From Eledone cirrhosa (lineage: Eukaryota): 64,000 bases of DNA. The notes under the pieces were generated by a model. It saw nothing but the letters and a program-made list of their open reading frames with translations, had not been told where the DNA came from and searched no databases. Shown piece after piece: positions 25,336 to 38,632 of this stretch (positions are counted from its first letter, which is position 1; every line of letters begins with the position of its first letter). The translations under genes were made by a program, and so were the position numbers. The stretch lies in NCBI GenBank assembly GCA_964016885.1, contig OZ024745.1, positions 10,416,001 through 10,480,000 of the forward strand, read 5' to 3'.

Positions 25336-27273
25336 ATGGACCGGGTGCTTTTATTCGTGCCAGCAGCACTAGGGAAGTCGTCTTACTGGACTTAGGGGGC
25401 TTCTCCACCCGCACCAATTTATTCGGAGTGGTAGTTCTCCTAGACAGGTTGCCTACACTATGGCTTATGGAGTCTCCGTCTGCCCCGTGACTGCTCTGAG
25501 CAGTTCTTTGCCAATGTTCTGTGATGAATAGGAGAGAGAGAAACTACCCCCAACAGACCCAACAGAGGGACCAGCTATTGAGACTGATGACTATAGAGTC
25601 AAAGAGGCCATTAAGGAAATGAAAAGTGGTAAGGCTGCTGGACTGTCAGGGATAGTTGCTGAGATGCTGAAGGCATCAGGAGAAGTAGGAACTAAACTGG
25701 TTGCATGCATAGTCAATGAAGCTACATATGGTGGAGTCATACCCAAAGACTGGTGCAGCAGTATTCTTGTAAATTGCTACAAAGGTAAAGGAGATGCTCT
25801 GGTGAGGATCAATTATAGGGGCATAAAACTGATGGATCAGGTTATGAAAGTCACAGAAAGAGTGCTAGCACAACTAATTAGAGAAAGAGTAAAATTAGAT
25901 GAGATTCAGTTTAGTTTTGTGCCTGGGAAAAGTACAACAGATCCCCTCTTCTTAGTGAGGCAACTACAAGAGAGGTTCTTAGAGAAGAATAAGCCACTAT
26001 ATTTAGCTTTTGTTGATCTAGAGAAGGTCTTTGATAGGGTACCCCGATCTGTCATCTGGTGGTCCCTAAGGAAACTAGGTGTAGAGGAATGGCTTATGAG
26101 GACAGTGCAAGCTATGTACAGGGGTGCTGTCAGTAAAGTGTGGGTAGGAATGGAAGTTTAGTGAGGAATTGCAGGTACAAGTAGGAGTACATCAGTCCTC
26201 AGCCCGCTCTTGTTCATTATAGTCCTCCAAGCCATAACAAAGGAGATTAAGACTGGCTGTCCATAGGAACTTCTCTATGCTCATGATCTGGTACTTATAG
26301 CAGAATCAGTAGAGGAGCTAGAGAATAAATTCCAGCTATGGAAACAGCAGTTGAAATCAAGAGGATTGCGAGTGAACCCAGCAAAGACCAAAGTGTTGAT
26401 AAGTAGTTAAAAGGACAAGACTCTGATTCCATGATTCCATCAGGGAAATGGCTATGTTCGATATGTAGAAAAGGAGTTGGTATAAACTCTATAGAATGTA
26501 CACAATGCAGATCTTGAGTACACAAGAGGTGTAGTGGGATAACCGGCAAACTAACAGATAGTGAAAACTACATATGCAGTATATGTTCAGGGAAATTTGA
26601 TAGTAGAAGTGTCAGTGATAGGCACATTTTTCAAATGCAGATAGGATCTCTAGAGATGGTTGAAAGCTTCCGATACCTAGGTGATCAGATTAGCAAAGGA
26701 GGAAGATTCTCCAAGGCCATAGTATCTAGAATAAAGACAGGATGGAAGAAGTTTAGGGAGCTGCTTCCTCTGTTGAAAACGAAAGGTTTCTCCCTATGAC
26801 CTAAAGGTCGTTTATATGATGCCTGTGTGAGATGTGTGATGCTGCATAGTAGTGAGACATGGGCAGCAACTGCAGTGGATATGCGAGGGCTGGAGAGAAA
26901 GGAAGCAGGCATGCTCCAATGGATGTGCAATGTCAATGTACGTGAACGACCAAGCATAGATGAGTTGAGAGAGAAACTGTGTATAAGAGGGATAAGCTGT
27001 AGTGTGCGGGAGAGAAGACTGTGATGGTATGGCCATGTGATGCGCATGGAAGATGACCATTGGGTGAAGAAGTGGCAAGAAATCCCAGTGGAAGGAAGAC
27101 GCAGTAGAGGAAGACCACGAAAAACATGGGTTGGAGGGGGTAAGAGCTGACGTGAGATCGCTGAAGCTCACAGAGGAGATGACAAGGGTCTATGATGAAT
27201 GGAGAGATGCTGTGCTGAAGAGGATCTGTTCCACCCTTGCAAGCAGGGAGAGCGGACGTAAAATGATGATGAT
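25336..27273 (+). mobile_element. RTE-clade LINE, family B; decayed, with an apparently inverted 5' segment
   Basis: From about 25523 it is homologous to RTE-A (DPTEGPA, NYRGIKL, FVDLEK, YAHD in place of YADD, PHD-like finger), with stops and frameshifts. The tail is CCACCCTTGCAAGCAGGGAGAGCGGACGTAAAA(TGA)n. It is flanked by (TACA)n. Confidence 0.9.
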
Positions 27274-27739
27274 ACATACATACATACATACATACATGTT
27301 ATAACTATTCATTACGTATTTGCTATCAGACATGATACGGCAGGAAAAGAAAGAAAGAAAGAAAGAAATAATATATAAATATGTTAATTTACAATAACCC
27401 TTGAATATAGAACAGTAAAAAATAAAACTATTCCAAAGGTTTGTTTTGTATTTTTGAGTGTTTTATTTTCTGCCAATTCTCTATTTGTAAACTTCTCTCA
27501 TTATATTTCTACATTCAATATTTTGAAGTTTATGAATGTCTACTAAAGTAAGATAGCAACATTAATATTTTATTTTGCAAGTGGCCATTTACTTAGTTGT
27601 AATAATAATACATCCATTGATATTTTAAGTAATTTCTTCTGAAATATTGAAGTGTTTTGAAATGTGAGGAGATATGAGTCATATAAGATGTTTTGAACTT
27701 CCCACTAGTTTTATAAGAGCAAGTTAAATAGATGGTTAA

Positions 27740-27985
27740 ACAGATAGATAGATAGATAGATAGACATAGCTAGATAGATAAACAGATAGACAGACAAATA
27801 GACAGATATAGATAGACAGGTAGATAGACAGATAGACAGGTAGATAGACAGATAGATAGATAGATAGACAGATAGATAGATAGATAGACATAGATAGATA
27901 GATAAACAGATAGACAGACAAATAAACAGATAGATATATAGTTATATAGATAGACAGATAGATAGACAGATAGGTAGTTAGTTAG
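27740..27985. repeat. (GATA/GACA)n microsatellite
   Basis: Direct tetranucleotide repeats. Confidence 0.95.
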
Positions 27986-28353
27986 ACACATGGAGGAACA
28001 AACATATAGTTGGTCATTTTATTTGATTGTCAGAGATAACAAATAGTTTACAATATTGTCGTCTCAATATAAATGGTATATTTCTAAGTATTGTATACAA
28101 TTAAGACAAAAAACAAAGTTAAGAGCAAAAGGTGAACAAAGAGTTGTTTGCAAACAATGAAGTATTGAAATTACTCGGACAATCAAGACGTCGCTTTCTT
28201 TGGTGTAAGATGTCTTTTAGAATATTGCTCAAAGAAAAGAAAGAAGATAAAGGAATAAATAAGATGGTAATCTTACAAAGAAAGTTTTGATGTTCTAGTT
28301 GTGGTCGAATAACATCAGTTAGCTTTGTTGAAGTAGGAAGTTTCTGTCACTGA

Positions 28354-28403
<50 letters not shown>

Positions 28404-28519
28404 CCATCACCATCATCATCATCATCATCACCATCATCATCATCACCATTTTTACATAACTTCTCCAAGCTGGCATGGGTTGGATGCGACTTTTGTGGGG
28501 GAACATTTTACAGCTGAAT

Positions 28520-28605
28520 CATGAAAGTGTGGCCTAGTGGTTAGGATGTTGAACTAACAATTATAATGTTGTGGGTTCGATTCGTGAACCAGGTGGTGTA
28601 TTGTG
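28520..28605 (+). mobile_element. tRNA-derived SINE head, truncated
   Basis: GTGGCCTAGTGGTTAGG ... GGGTTCGATTCG (A and B boxes). Confidence 0.65.
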
Positions 28606-28664
28606 ATTTCTGATTTAGGCACAAGGGCAACAATTTGGGGGTCAGTTAAATTGACATCAGTGGT

Positions 28665-31397
28665 GAAAACATTAGTTTAGGGAACACTGTTATATTTTAC
28701 AGTAATATTTCAGGGATAACTCTCTGAAAACATTGGTTTAGGGACCATCACTGTATTTTACAGTAATATTTCAGTGATAACTCCCTAAAAACATTGATTT
28801 AGGGACCATCACTGTATTTTACAGTAATATTTCAGGGATAACTCCCTAAAAACATTGATTTAGGGACCATCACTGTATTTTACAGTAATATTTCAGGGAT
28901 AACTCTCTGAAAACATTGGTTTAGGGACCATCACTGTATTTTACAGTAATATTTCAGTGATAACTCCCTAAAAACATTGATTTAGGGACCATCACTGTAT
29001 TTTACAGTAATATTTCAGTGATAACTCCCTAAAAACATTGGTTTAGGGACCATCACTGTATTTTACAGTAATATTTCAGTGATAACTCCCTAAAAACATT
29101 GATTTAGGGACCATCACTGTATTTTACAGTAACATTTCAGTGATAACTCCCTAAAAACATTGATTTAGGGACCATCACTGTATTTTACAGTAATATTTCA
29201 GTGATAATTCCCTAAAAACATTGATTTAGGGACCATCACTGTATTTTACAGTAATATTTCAGTGATAACTCCCTAAAAACATTGATTTAGGGACCATCAC
29301 TGTATTTTACAGTAATATTTCAGTGATAATTCCCTAAAAACATTGATTTAGGGACCATCACTGTATTTTACAGTAATATTTCAGTGATAACTCCCTAAAA
29401 ACATTGATTTAGGGACCATCACTGTATTTTACAGTAATATTTCAGTGATAACTCCCTAAAAACATTGATTTAGGGACCATCACTGTATTTTACAGTAATA
29501 TTTCAGTGATAACTCCCTAAAAACATTGATTTAGGGACCATCACTGTATTTTACAGTAATATTTCAGTGATAACTCCCTAAAAACATTGATTTAGGGACC
29601 ATCACTGTATTTTACAGTAATATTTCAGTGATAATTCCCTAAAAACATTGATTTAGGGACCATCACTGTATTTTACAGTAATATTTCAGTGATAACTCCC
29701 TAAAAACATTGATTTAGGGACCATCACTGTATTTTACAGTAATATTTCAGTGATAACTCCCTAAAAACATTGATTTAGGGACCATCACTGTATTTTACAG
29801 TAATATTTCAGTGATAACTCCCTAAAAACATTGATTTAGTGACCATCACTGTATTTTACAGTAATATTTCAGTGATAACTCCCTAAAAACATTGATTTAG
29901 TGGCCATCACTGTATTTTACAGTAATATTTCAGTGATAACTCCCTAAAAACATTGATTTAGGGACCATCACTGTATTTTACAGTAATATTTCAGTGATAA
30001 CTCCCTAAAAACATTGATTTAGGGACCATCACTGTATTTTACAGTAATATTTCAGTGATAACTCCCTAAAAACATTGATTTAGGGACCATCACTGTATTT
30101 TACAGTAATATTTCAGTGATAACTCCCTAAAAACATTGGTTTAGTGACATTCACTGTATTTTACAGTAATATTTCAGTGATAACTCCCTAAAAACATTGA
30201 TTTAGGGACCATCACTGTATTTTACAGTAATATTTCAGTGATAACTCCCTAAAAACATTGATTTAGTGACCATCACTGTATTTTACAGTAATATTTCAGT
30301 GATAACTCCCTAAAAACATTGATTTAGGGACCATCACTGTATTTTACAGTAATATTTCAGTGATAACTCCCTAAAAACATTGATTTAGGGACCATCACTG
30401 TATTTTACAGTAATATTTCAGTGATAACTCCCTAAAAACATTGATTTAGGGACCATCACTGTATTTTACAGTAATATTTCAGTGATAACTCCCTAAAAAC
30501 ATTGATTTAGGGACCATCACTGTATTTTACAGTAATATTTCAGTGATAACTCCCTAAAAACATTGATTTAGGGACCATCACTGTATTTTACAGTAATATT
30601 TCAGTGATAACTCCCTAAAAACATTGATTTAGGGACCATCACTGTATTTTACAGTAATATTTCAGTGATAATTCCCTAAAAACATTGATTTAGGGACCAT
30701 CACTGTATTTTACAGTAATATTTCAGTGATAACTCCCTAAAAACATTGATTTAGGGACCATCACTGTATTTTACAGTAATATTTCAGTGATAACTCCCTA
30801 AAAACATTGATTTAGGGACCATCACTGTATTTTACAGTAATATTTCAGTGATAACTCCCTAAAAACATTGATTTAGTGACCATCACTGTATTTTACAGTA
30901 ATATTTCAGTGATAACTCCCTAAAAACATTGATTTAGTGGCCATCACTGTATTTTACAGTAATATTTCAGTGATAACTCCCTAAAAACATTGATTTAGGG
31001 ACCATCACTGTATTTTACAGTAATATTTCAGTGATAACTCCCTAAAAACATTGATTTAGGGACCATCACTGTATTTTACAGTAATATTTCAGTGATAACT
31101 CCCTAAAAACATTGATTTAGGGACCATCACTGTATTTTACAGTAATATTTCAGTGATAACTCCCTAAAAACATTGGTTTAGTGACATTCACTGTATTTTA
31201 CAGTAATATTTCAGTGATAACTCCCTAAAAACATTGATTTAGGGACCATCACTGTATTTTACAGTAATATTTCAGTGATAATTCCCTAAAAACATTGGTT
31301 TAGCGACCATCACTGTATTTTACAGTAATATTTCAGTGATAATTCCCTAAAAACATTGGTTTAGCGACCATCACTGTATTTTACAGTAATATTTCAG
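28665..31397. repeat. 61-bp minisatellite with internal inverted repeats, about 45 units
   Basis: CATCACTGTATTTTACAGTAATATTTCAGTGATAACTCCCTAAAAACATTGATTTAGGGAC repeated with a 1-nt shift per 60-nt line. Confidence 0.98.
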
Positions 31398-32359
31398 GTA
31401 CGTTAGTGTGTTTTCTAGCATACAATTTAACCCAATCCTTTTCATCTTGTCTCTATAAAATAGGTACTAAAATGACCTAGAGAAGACAGTGTTATGTTCT
31501 AAAACAACCCACATATTTTCTCATATATCTCCTCATCAGAACACTCCCCCACCAACAACAACAACAATATCAACAACAACAACCGAAAAGGTTAGGGATA
31601 AATCACATACAATTTTCTCTACTACTGCTGCTGCTGTTGTTGTTGTTGTTATCATGGTATATTAATACTGAGTAAAGTATGTAACCTATGAAGACATGGG
31701 TGATGTGGGGGTCTCCTACCCAGAGCAGCAAATAGCTCCCATTTCGAAAGCATGAGTTAATCACATAAATCAGTTAATATATGCAAAACCGGGGAACTCT
31801 ATAATAATAATAATAATAATAATAAAATGTAAGAAATGGATGGAACATTCTGGATCTCAAAGACAAATCTCTACTCTTTCTCCTTTATTTTCTCATTCTT
31901 TCATCCAACCTTAAGAAGCCCACCATCTCTCTCTCTCCACCCCTTTATCAACAGATGACAGGCAAAACCTGTATGTCGAGTGTATTATGTTATATAGTAG
32001 TGACTGATTATGATACGACCGACAAGCGTGTGTGTTTTTAGAATGTTTAGTATAAAACCCAAAGATGAAAATGGAATGGTGTGTGTATATGTAACATGAT
32101 TCTGAAAGATAGAAGAAATATTTGGTTAGGAAACAACAATGGAGGAATTGGGTTAAAAATGTTAGAGGCATTGAAATTAGTTATTCTAGCTGCTTAATAG
32201 AGATCAAGGAAAGACTTGAGATGAAGTAGTATTGTGGTGTTAACAAACAAGGCAGAGTAGTTTGGTAGAATTACCTAAGTGGATAGTAATGAAGGACTAC
32301 AATACTGACATATCATATCTATCAAATGTCAGCCTGTTAAAATTAACATATTTCACCAA

Positions 32360-33525
32360 CAGATTAACAGATGAATAGATGAACAGATGAACAGATGAAT
32401 AGATGAACAGATGAATAGATGAAGAGTTGACCAGTTGAATAGATGAACAGATGAATAGGTGAACAGATGAATAGATGAACAGTTGACCAGATGAACAGAT
32501 AAATAGATGAACAGTTGACCAGATGAACAGATGAACAGATGAATAGATGAACAGATGAATAGGTGAACAGATGAATAGGTGAACAGATGAACAAATGAAC
32601 AGATGAACAGTTGGATAGATGAATAGGTGAACAGATGAATAGATGAACAGTTGACCAGATGAACAGATGAATAGATGAACAGATGAATAGATGAACAGAT
32701 GAACAGATGAACAGTTGACAGTTGAATAGATGAACAGTTGAAGAGATGAACAGATGAACAGTTGAATAGATCAATAGATCAATAGGTGAACATATGAACA
32801 GATAGATAGATGAACAGATGAATAGGTGAACAGATAAATAGGTGAACAGATGAACAGTTGAATAGATGAACAGATGAACAGATGAACAGTTGAATAGATG
32901 AACAAATGAACAGATGAACAGAGGAATAGATGAACAGATGAACAGGTGAACAGTTGACCAGATGAACAGATGAATAGATGAATAGATGAATAGATGAACA
33001 GTTGACCAGATGAACAGATGAACAGTTGAATAGATGAACAAATGAACAGATGAACAGAGGAATAGATGAACAGATGAACAGGTGAACAGTTGACCAGATG
33101 AACAGATGAATAGATGAATAGATGAATAGATGAACAGTTGACCAGATGAACAGATGAATAGATGAATAGATAAGTTTCTTTTATTTGCCACTAGGGCATC
33201 AAAAGTGGGACAAGTACAAAGGGAGGAGTTTACACAAAAAGGCGTCCTCAATAAGGAGGAGGCAATAACAAAATATAAAAATAAAATAAGATATAACAAA
33301 AAATAAAATTTATGACAAAATCCTCAATAGAGAGGAGGCGCCTTGGGGGGTCGCACACACCCCCGAAAAAAGTGTGCAACCCTTTTCCTCAGGAGCACAG
33401 AGAGGGGGTGCTCCCTCGTTCCTTCCCCTTTTCCACCTACAGGCTTATGTAAAGAGAAGGCCCATTCACAATAGATGAATAGATAGATAGATAAACAGTT
33501 GAACAGATGAACAGATGAACAGATT
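32360..33525. repeat. 8-bp minisatellite (AGATGAAY)n, interrupted at about 33174-33470
   Basis: Direct repeats on both sides of an unrelated insert of about 300 bp. Confidence 0.93.
33174..33470 (-). mobile_element. 3' end of a LINE (possibly Tx1/L1-like) inserted in the 8-bp array
   Basis: The minus strand ends ..GCCCTAGTGGCAAATAAAAGAAA. A similar terminus (GCCCTTGTGGCCAATAAAGAAA) occurs at about 48270-48306. Clade assignment is tentative. Confidence 0.5.
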
Positions 33526-34427
33526 CAGTTGTTTGTTCAATGATTAAGCTACAATATACATTGACTCTCTATAAAGTAGAGTATATCTCCATATTTGTAT
33601 ATCTACATAAATATTGATTTGGCAATTGATAAATTGTTCAAAGTGTGTTGGTTGTGAGATGACATCAATAGAAATGGTTAACTCAACAGTTTGTGAGAGT
33701 CAAATATTTTCATGGATTGGATGAAGTAGGTTCAATAAGATACAAGACAGGTGAACATGTTGAAACAATTCTGTTATGGGTTTAGGTTTAGGTATTTGCA
33801 TATTGTTTGGACAGGTACATGGTATACACACATACACACACACACATGTGCTCCACACACACACATACATGCACCCACTCATACATAAGCTCTCACACAC
33901 ACACACATGTCCCCCCCCCCAACACACACATGCACCCAACACACATTCATGCACACATATACACACATACATATGCTCTGTGTAACCCATACTAACATGG
34001 AAAATGGACGTTAAATGATGATGATGATGTAGTAAAATTCTGTATTATGCTGGCATCTCCAAATTCAACAATTTTGGTACCAATTCCTCACCAAAACCTT
34101 GCAGAAGGTCTCCGTTAATTATAATAACTGTTTCTACGTTTTAGTACAGTGCCAGAATTATCCTAGTGCATTACTGGTACTTTATTTTATCGACCCCATA
34201 AGGATGAACTCAGACCATAAAGGGGCGTAACTCTATGCTGCAAAGCATGGCAATCCACCACATATAACAGTTACTAGCCAGCTATCATTCTACTACTTTC
34301 TCTCAACTACACAGAATGGTCAGGTGGTGGACAGCTATTTTTCTCTGATCATTTGGCCATCAAGACAGGACCACCTGACAATGTATATATCATACTCTCT
34401 CTAATCCTTTGCTCACATCTTCAACCC

Positions 34428-34431
34428 CTCA

Positions 34432-34503
<72 letters not shown>
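34428..34503. repeat. (CT)n microsatellite
   Basis: Direct dinucleotide run. Confidence 0.95.
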
Positions 34504-34504
<1 letters not shown>

Positions 34505-35002
34505 AAGTACATGTATGTATACAAATATAATAATCATGTATAATTATAAAAAAATTATTTACCCAAAACCTTGATAGAGAAGGACCTCAAGTTTCATATA
34601 TCTTAGGGCCCCAGCAGGTCACCATGATGAGATAGCAATGATCTTATTCTATGGGAACCATCAAATGAGTACACAAACAGGGAAAGAAGGTAAAGAAATT
34701 ACATTGATACTGGAAGATACGAGTGATGGATCTTTGGAAGGTACGTGTAAAGACAGATGGGTGACCTGGCATTTAACATAAATATATATTTGCTATATAC
34801 CAAACATTACATTTGCCTGCTCTTGCTAATATATAAACTGACTGAAGGCTAGATGTTGCTTTGCTGGGGATTCCTTCATTGGCTCTTGGGTAAAATAGCT
34901 GCAAACCATTCAATAAATTCTCTCTGGTGGAATACCAATTCTCTTTTACCAGTTACAGACACACATACACACATTCATACGTACACACACACATACATAC
35001 AT

Positions 35003-38000
35003 ATTTGATTTTCATGTCTCTAACACACGTGGGCATGACCACAAAGTCAGACAACAGCACAGCTTCCATGACTTTTGGAAACATTTTTTCACGCTCAGAG
35101 TTGCTGAAGCATGGAACAAACTACCTGCATCAGTTGTTAGCTGTCGAGACACTGCATCAGTTGTTAACTGTCAAGACACTGCATCCTTTAAAACCTCCAT
35201 GGAACAGACTACCTGCATCAGTTGTTAGCTGTCAAGATGCTGCATCCTTTAAAACCTCCATGGAACAAACTACCTGCATCAGTTGTTAGCTGTCGAGACA
35301 TTGCATCCTTTAAAACCTCCATGGAACAAACTACCTGCATCAGTTGTTAGATGCCGAGACACTGCATCCTTTAAAACCTCCATGGAACAAACTACCTGCA
35401 TCAGTTGTTAGCTGTCGGGACACTGCATCCTTTAAAACATCCATGGAACAAACTACCTGCATCAGTTATTAGCTGTAGAGACACTGCATCCTTTAAAACC
35501 TCCATGGAACAAACTACCTGCATCAGTTGTTAGCTGTCGAGACATTGCATCCTTTAAAACCTCCATGGAACAAACTACCTGCATCAGTTGTTAGCTGTCA
35601 AGATACTGCATCCTTTAAAACCTCCATGGAACAAACTACCTGCATCAGTTGTTAGCTGTCGAGACACTGCATCCTTTAAAACATCCATGGAACAAACTAC
35701 CTGCATCAGTTATTAGCTGTAGAGACACTGCATCCTTTAAAACCTCCATGGAACAAACTACCTGCATCAGTTGTTAGCTGTCGAGACATTGCATCCTTTA
35801 AAACCTCCATGGAACAAACTACCTGCATCAGTTGTTAGCTGTCAAGACACTGCATCCTTTAAAACCTCCATGGAACAAACTACCTGCATCAGTTGTTAGC
35901 TGTCAAGACACTGCATCCTTTAAAACCTCCATGGAACAAACTACCTGCATCAGTTGTTAGCTGTCGAGACACTGCATCCTTTAAAACCTCCATGGAACAA
36001 ACTACCTGCATCAGTTGTTAGCTGTCAAGACACTGCATCCTTTAAAACCTCCATGGAACAAACTACCTGCATCAGTTGTTAGCTGTCAAGACACTGCATC
36101 CTTTAAAACCTCCATGGAACAAACTACCTGCATCAGTTGTTAGCTGTCGAGACACTGCATCCTTTAAAACCTCCATGGAACAAACTACCTGCATCAGTTG
36201 TTAGCTGTCAAGACACTGCATCCTTTAAAACCTCCATGGAACAAACTACCTGCATCAGTTGTTAGCTGTCGAGACACTGCATCCTTTAAAACCTCCATGG
36301 AACAAACTACCTGCATCAGTTGTTAGCTGTCGAGACACTGCATCCTTTAAAACCTCCATAGAACAAACTACCTGCATCAGTTGTTAGCTGTCGAGACACT
36401 GCATCCTTTAAAACCTCCATGGAACAAACTACCTGCATCAGTTGTTAGCTGTCAAGACACTGCATCCTTTAAAACCTCCATGGAACAAACTACCTGCATC
36501 AGTTGTTAGCTGTCAAGACACTGCATCCTTTAAAACCTCCATGGAACAAACTACCTGCATCAGTTGTTAGCTGTCAAGACACTGCATCCTTTAAAACCTC
36601 CATGGAACAAACTACCTGCATCAGTTGTTAGCTGTCGAGACACTGCATCCTTTAAAACCTCCATGGAACAAACTACCTGCATCAGTTGTTAGCTGTCAAG
36701 ACACTGCATCCTTTAAAACCTCCATGGAACAAACTACCTGCATCAGTTGTTAGCTGTCAAGACACTGCATCCTTTAAAACCTCCATGGAACAAACTACCT
36801 GCATCAGTTGTTAGCTGTCAAGACACTGCATCCTTTAAAACCTCCATGGAACAAACTACCTGCATCAGTTGTTAGCTGTCAAGACACTGCATCCTTTAAA
36901 ACCTCCATGGAACAAACTACCTGCATCAGTTGTTAGCTGTCGAGATACTGCATCCTTTAAAACCTCCATGGAACAAACTACCTGCATCAGTTGTTAGCTG
37001 TCAAGACACTGCATCCTTTAAAACCTCCATGGAACAAACTACCTGCATCAGTTGTTAGCTGTCGAGATACTGCATCCTTTAAAACCTCCATGGAACAAAC
37101 TACCTGCATCAGTTGTTAGCTGTCGAGATACTGCATCCTTTAAAACCTCCATGGAACAAACTACCTGCATCAGTTGTTAGCTGTCAAGACACTGCATCCT
37201 TTAAAACCTCCATGGAACAAACTACCTGCATCAGTTGTTAGCTGTCAAGACACTGCATCCTTTAAAACCTCCATGGAACAAACTACCTGCATCAGTTGTT
37301 AGCTGTCAAGACACTGCATCCTTTAAAACCTCCATGGAACAAACTACCTGCATCAGTTGTTAGCTGTCGAGATACTGCATCCTTTAAAACCTCCATGGAA
37401 CAAACTACCTGCATCAGTTGTTAGCTGTCAAGACACTGCATCCTTTAAAACCTCCATGGAACAAACTACCTGCATCAGTTGTTAGCTGTCGAGACACTGC
37501 ATCCTTTAAAACCTCCATGGAACAAACTACCTGCATCAGTTGTTAGCTGTCGAGACACTGCATCCTTTAAAACCTCCATGGAACAAACTACCTGCATCAG
37601 TTGTTAGCTGTCGAGACACTGCATCCTTTAAAACCTCCATGGAACAAACTACCTGCATCAGTTGTTAGCTGTCGAGATACTGCATCCTTTAAAACCTCCA
37701 TGGAACAAACTACCTGCATCAGTTGTTAGCTGTCGAGACACTGCATCCTTTAAAACCTCCATGGGACAAACTCCCTGCATCAGTTGTTAGCTGTCGAGAC
37801 ACTGCATCCTTTAAAACCTCCATGGAACAAACTACCTGCATCAGTTGTTAGCTGTCGAGACACTGCATCCTTTAAAACCTCCATGGAACAAACTACCTGT
37901 ATCAATTGTTAGCTGTCAAGACACTGCATCCTTTAAAACCTCCATGGAACAAACTACCTGCATCAGTTGTTAGCTGTCGAGACACTGCATCCTTTAAAAC

Positions 38001-38256
38001 CTCCATGGAACAAACTACCTGCATCAGTTGTTAGCTGTCGAGACACTGCATCCTTTAAAACCTCCATGCTTCCCGAGATTCGCCAACACTACACCTAATA
38101 TTCCCCACCCCCCCATACACACAGACACATGTATATCATGACTCATACACTATTCACTTCCCTGACATTTGTATATTATTCTATGTACTATACAGGCACC
38201 TTTGATGAGTTGTAGTGCACCTGAGCACTGTACACAATAATTTCATTAATTATTAT
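35003..38256 (+). mobile_element. CR1-clade LINE 3' fragment hosting an internal tandem expansion
   Basis: Translates [51 protein letters not shown], a CR1-type ORF2 C-terminus. The 3' UTR has the stem-loop GTAGTGC-acctga-GCACTGT and an ATT-rich tail. Confidence 0.88.
35110..38067. repeat. 61-bp minisatellite derived from the CR1 ORF2 end, about 48 units
   Basis: CATGGAACAAACTACCTGCATCAGTTGTTAGCTGTCRAGACACTGCATCCTTTAAAACCTC repeated. Confidence 0.98.
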
Positions 38257-38397
38257 AAAAATCTGTTCTTCATCCTCATCATCATTATCATCACCACCAC
38301 CAACAACTGTGTGAACTGAAGCCTCTTGCTCACAGACACAATGTGCTGCTCCATCTGGGAATTGAACACATGACCATGCCATGCACCTTCCTACAAC

Positions 38398-38632
38398 AAG
38401 TTCCCAGACGTCATTTGCTTACCAAGTGGGGTGAAACTCATGAAATCAGATCAAGGAAACAATGTTTCTATTGGTCTTTCCATTGCTGATACTATCTACC
38501 GCAGCTCCTGGCAGAAAGAGCAACGTGAAATATAGTGTCTTTCTCAAGGACATAACGCATCGCCTGGTCCAGAAATCAAACTCACAACCTCACAATTGCA
38601 AATCAAATTTTCTAACAACTAAGCCATGCACC
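38398..38632 (-). mobile_element. tRNA-derived SINE family C
   Basis: tRNA-like head at 38580-38632. The body GTAGATAGTATCAGCAATGGAAAGACCAAT..AAACATTGTTTCC is shared with 45020-45145 in the opposite orientation. Confidence 0.75.

Noticed and set aside
32364-33299. 311-aa ORF (SSVHLFIC repeats)
   Set aside because: Translation of an 8-bp repeat whose minus strand happens to lack stops; the start lies in an unrelated insert.
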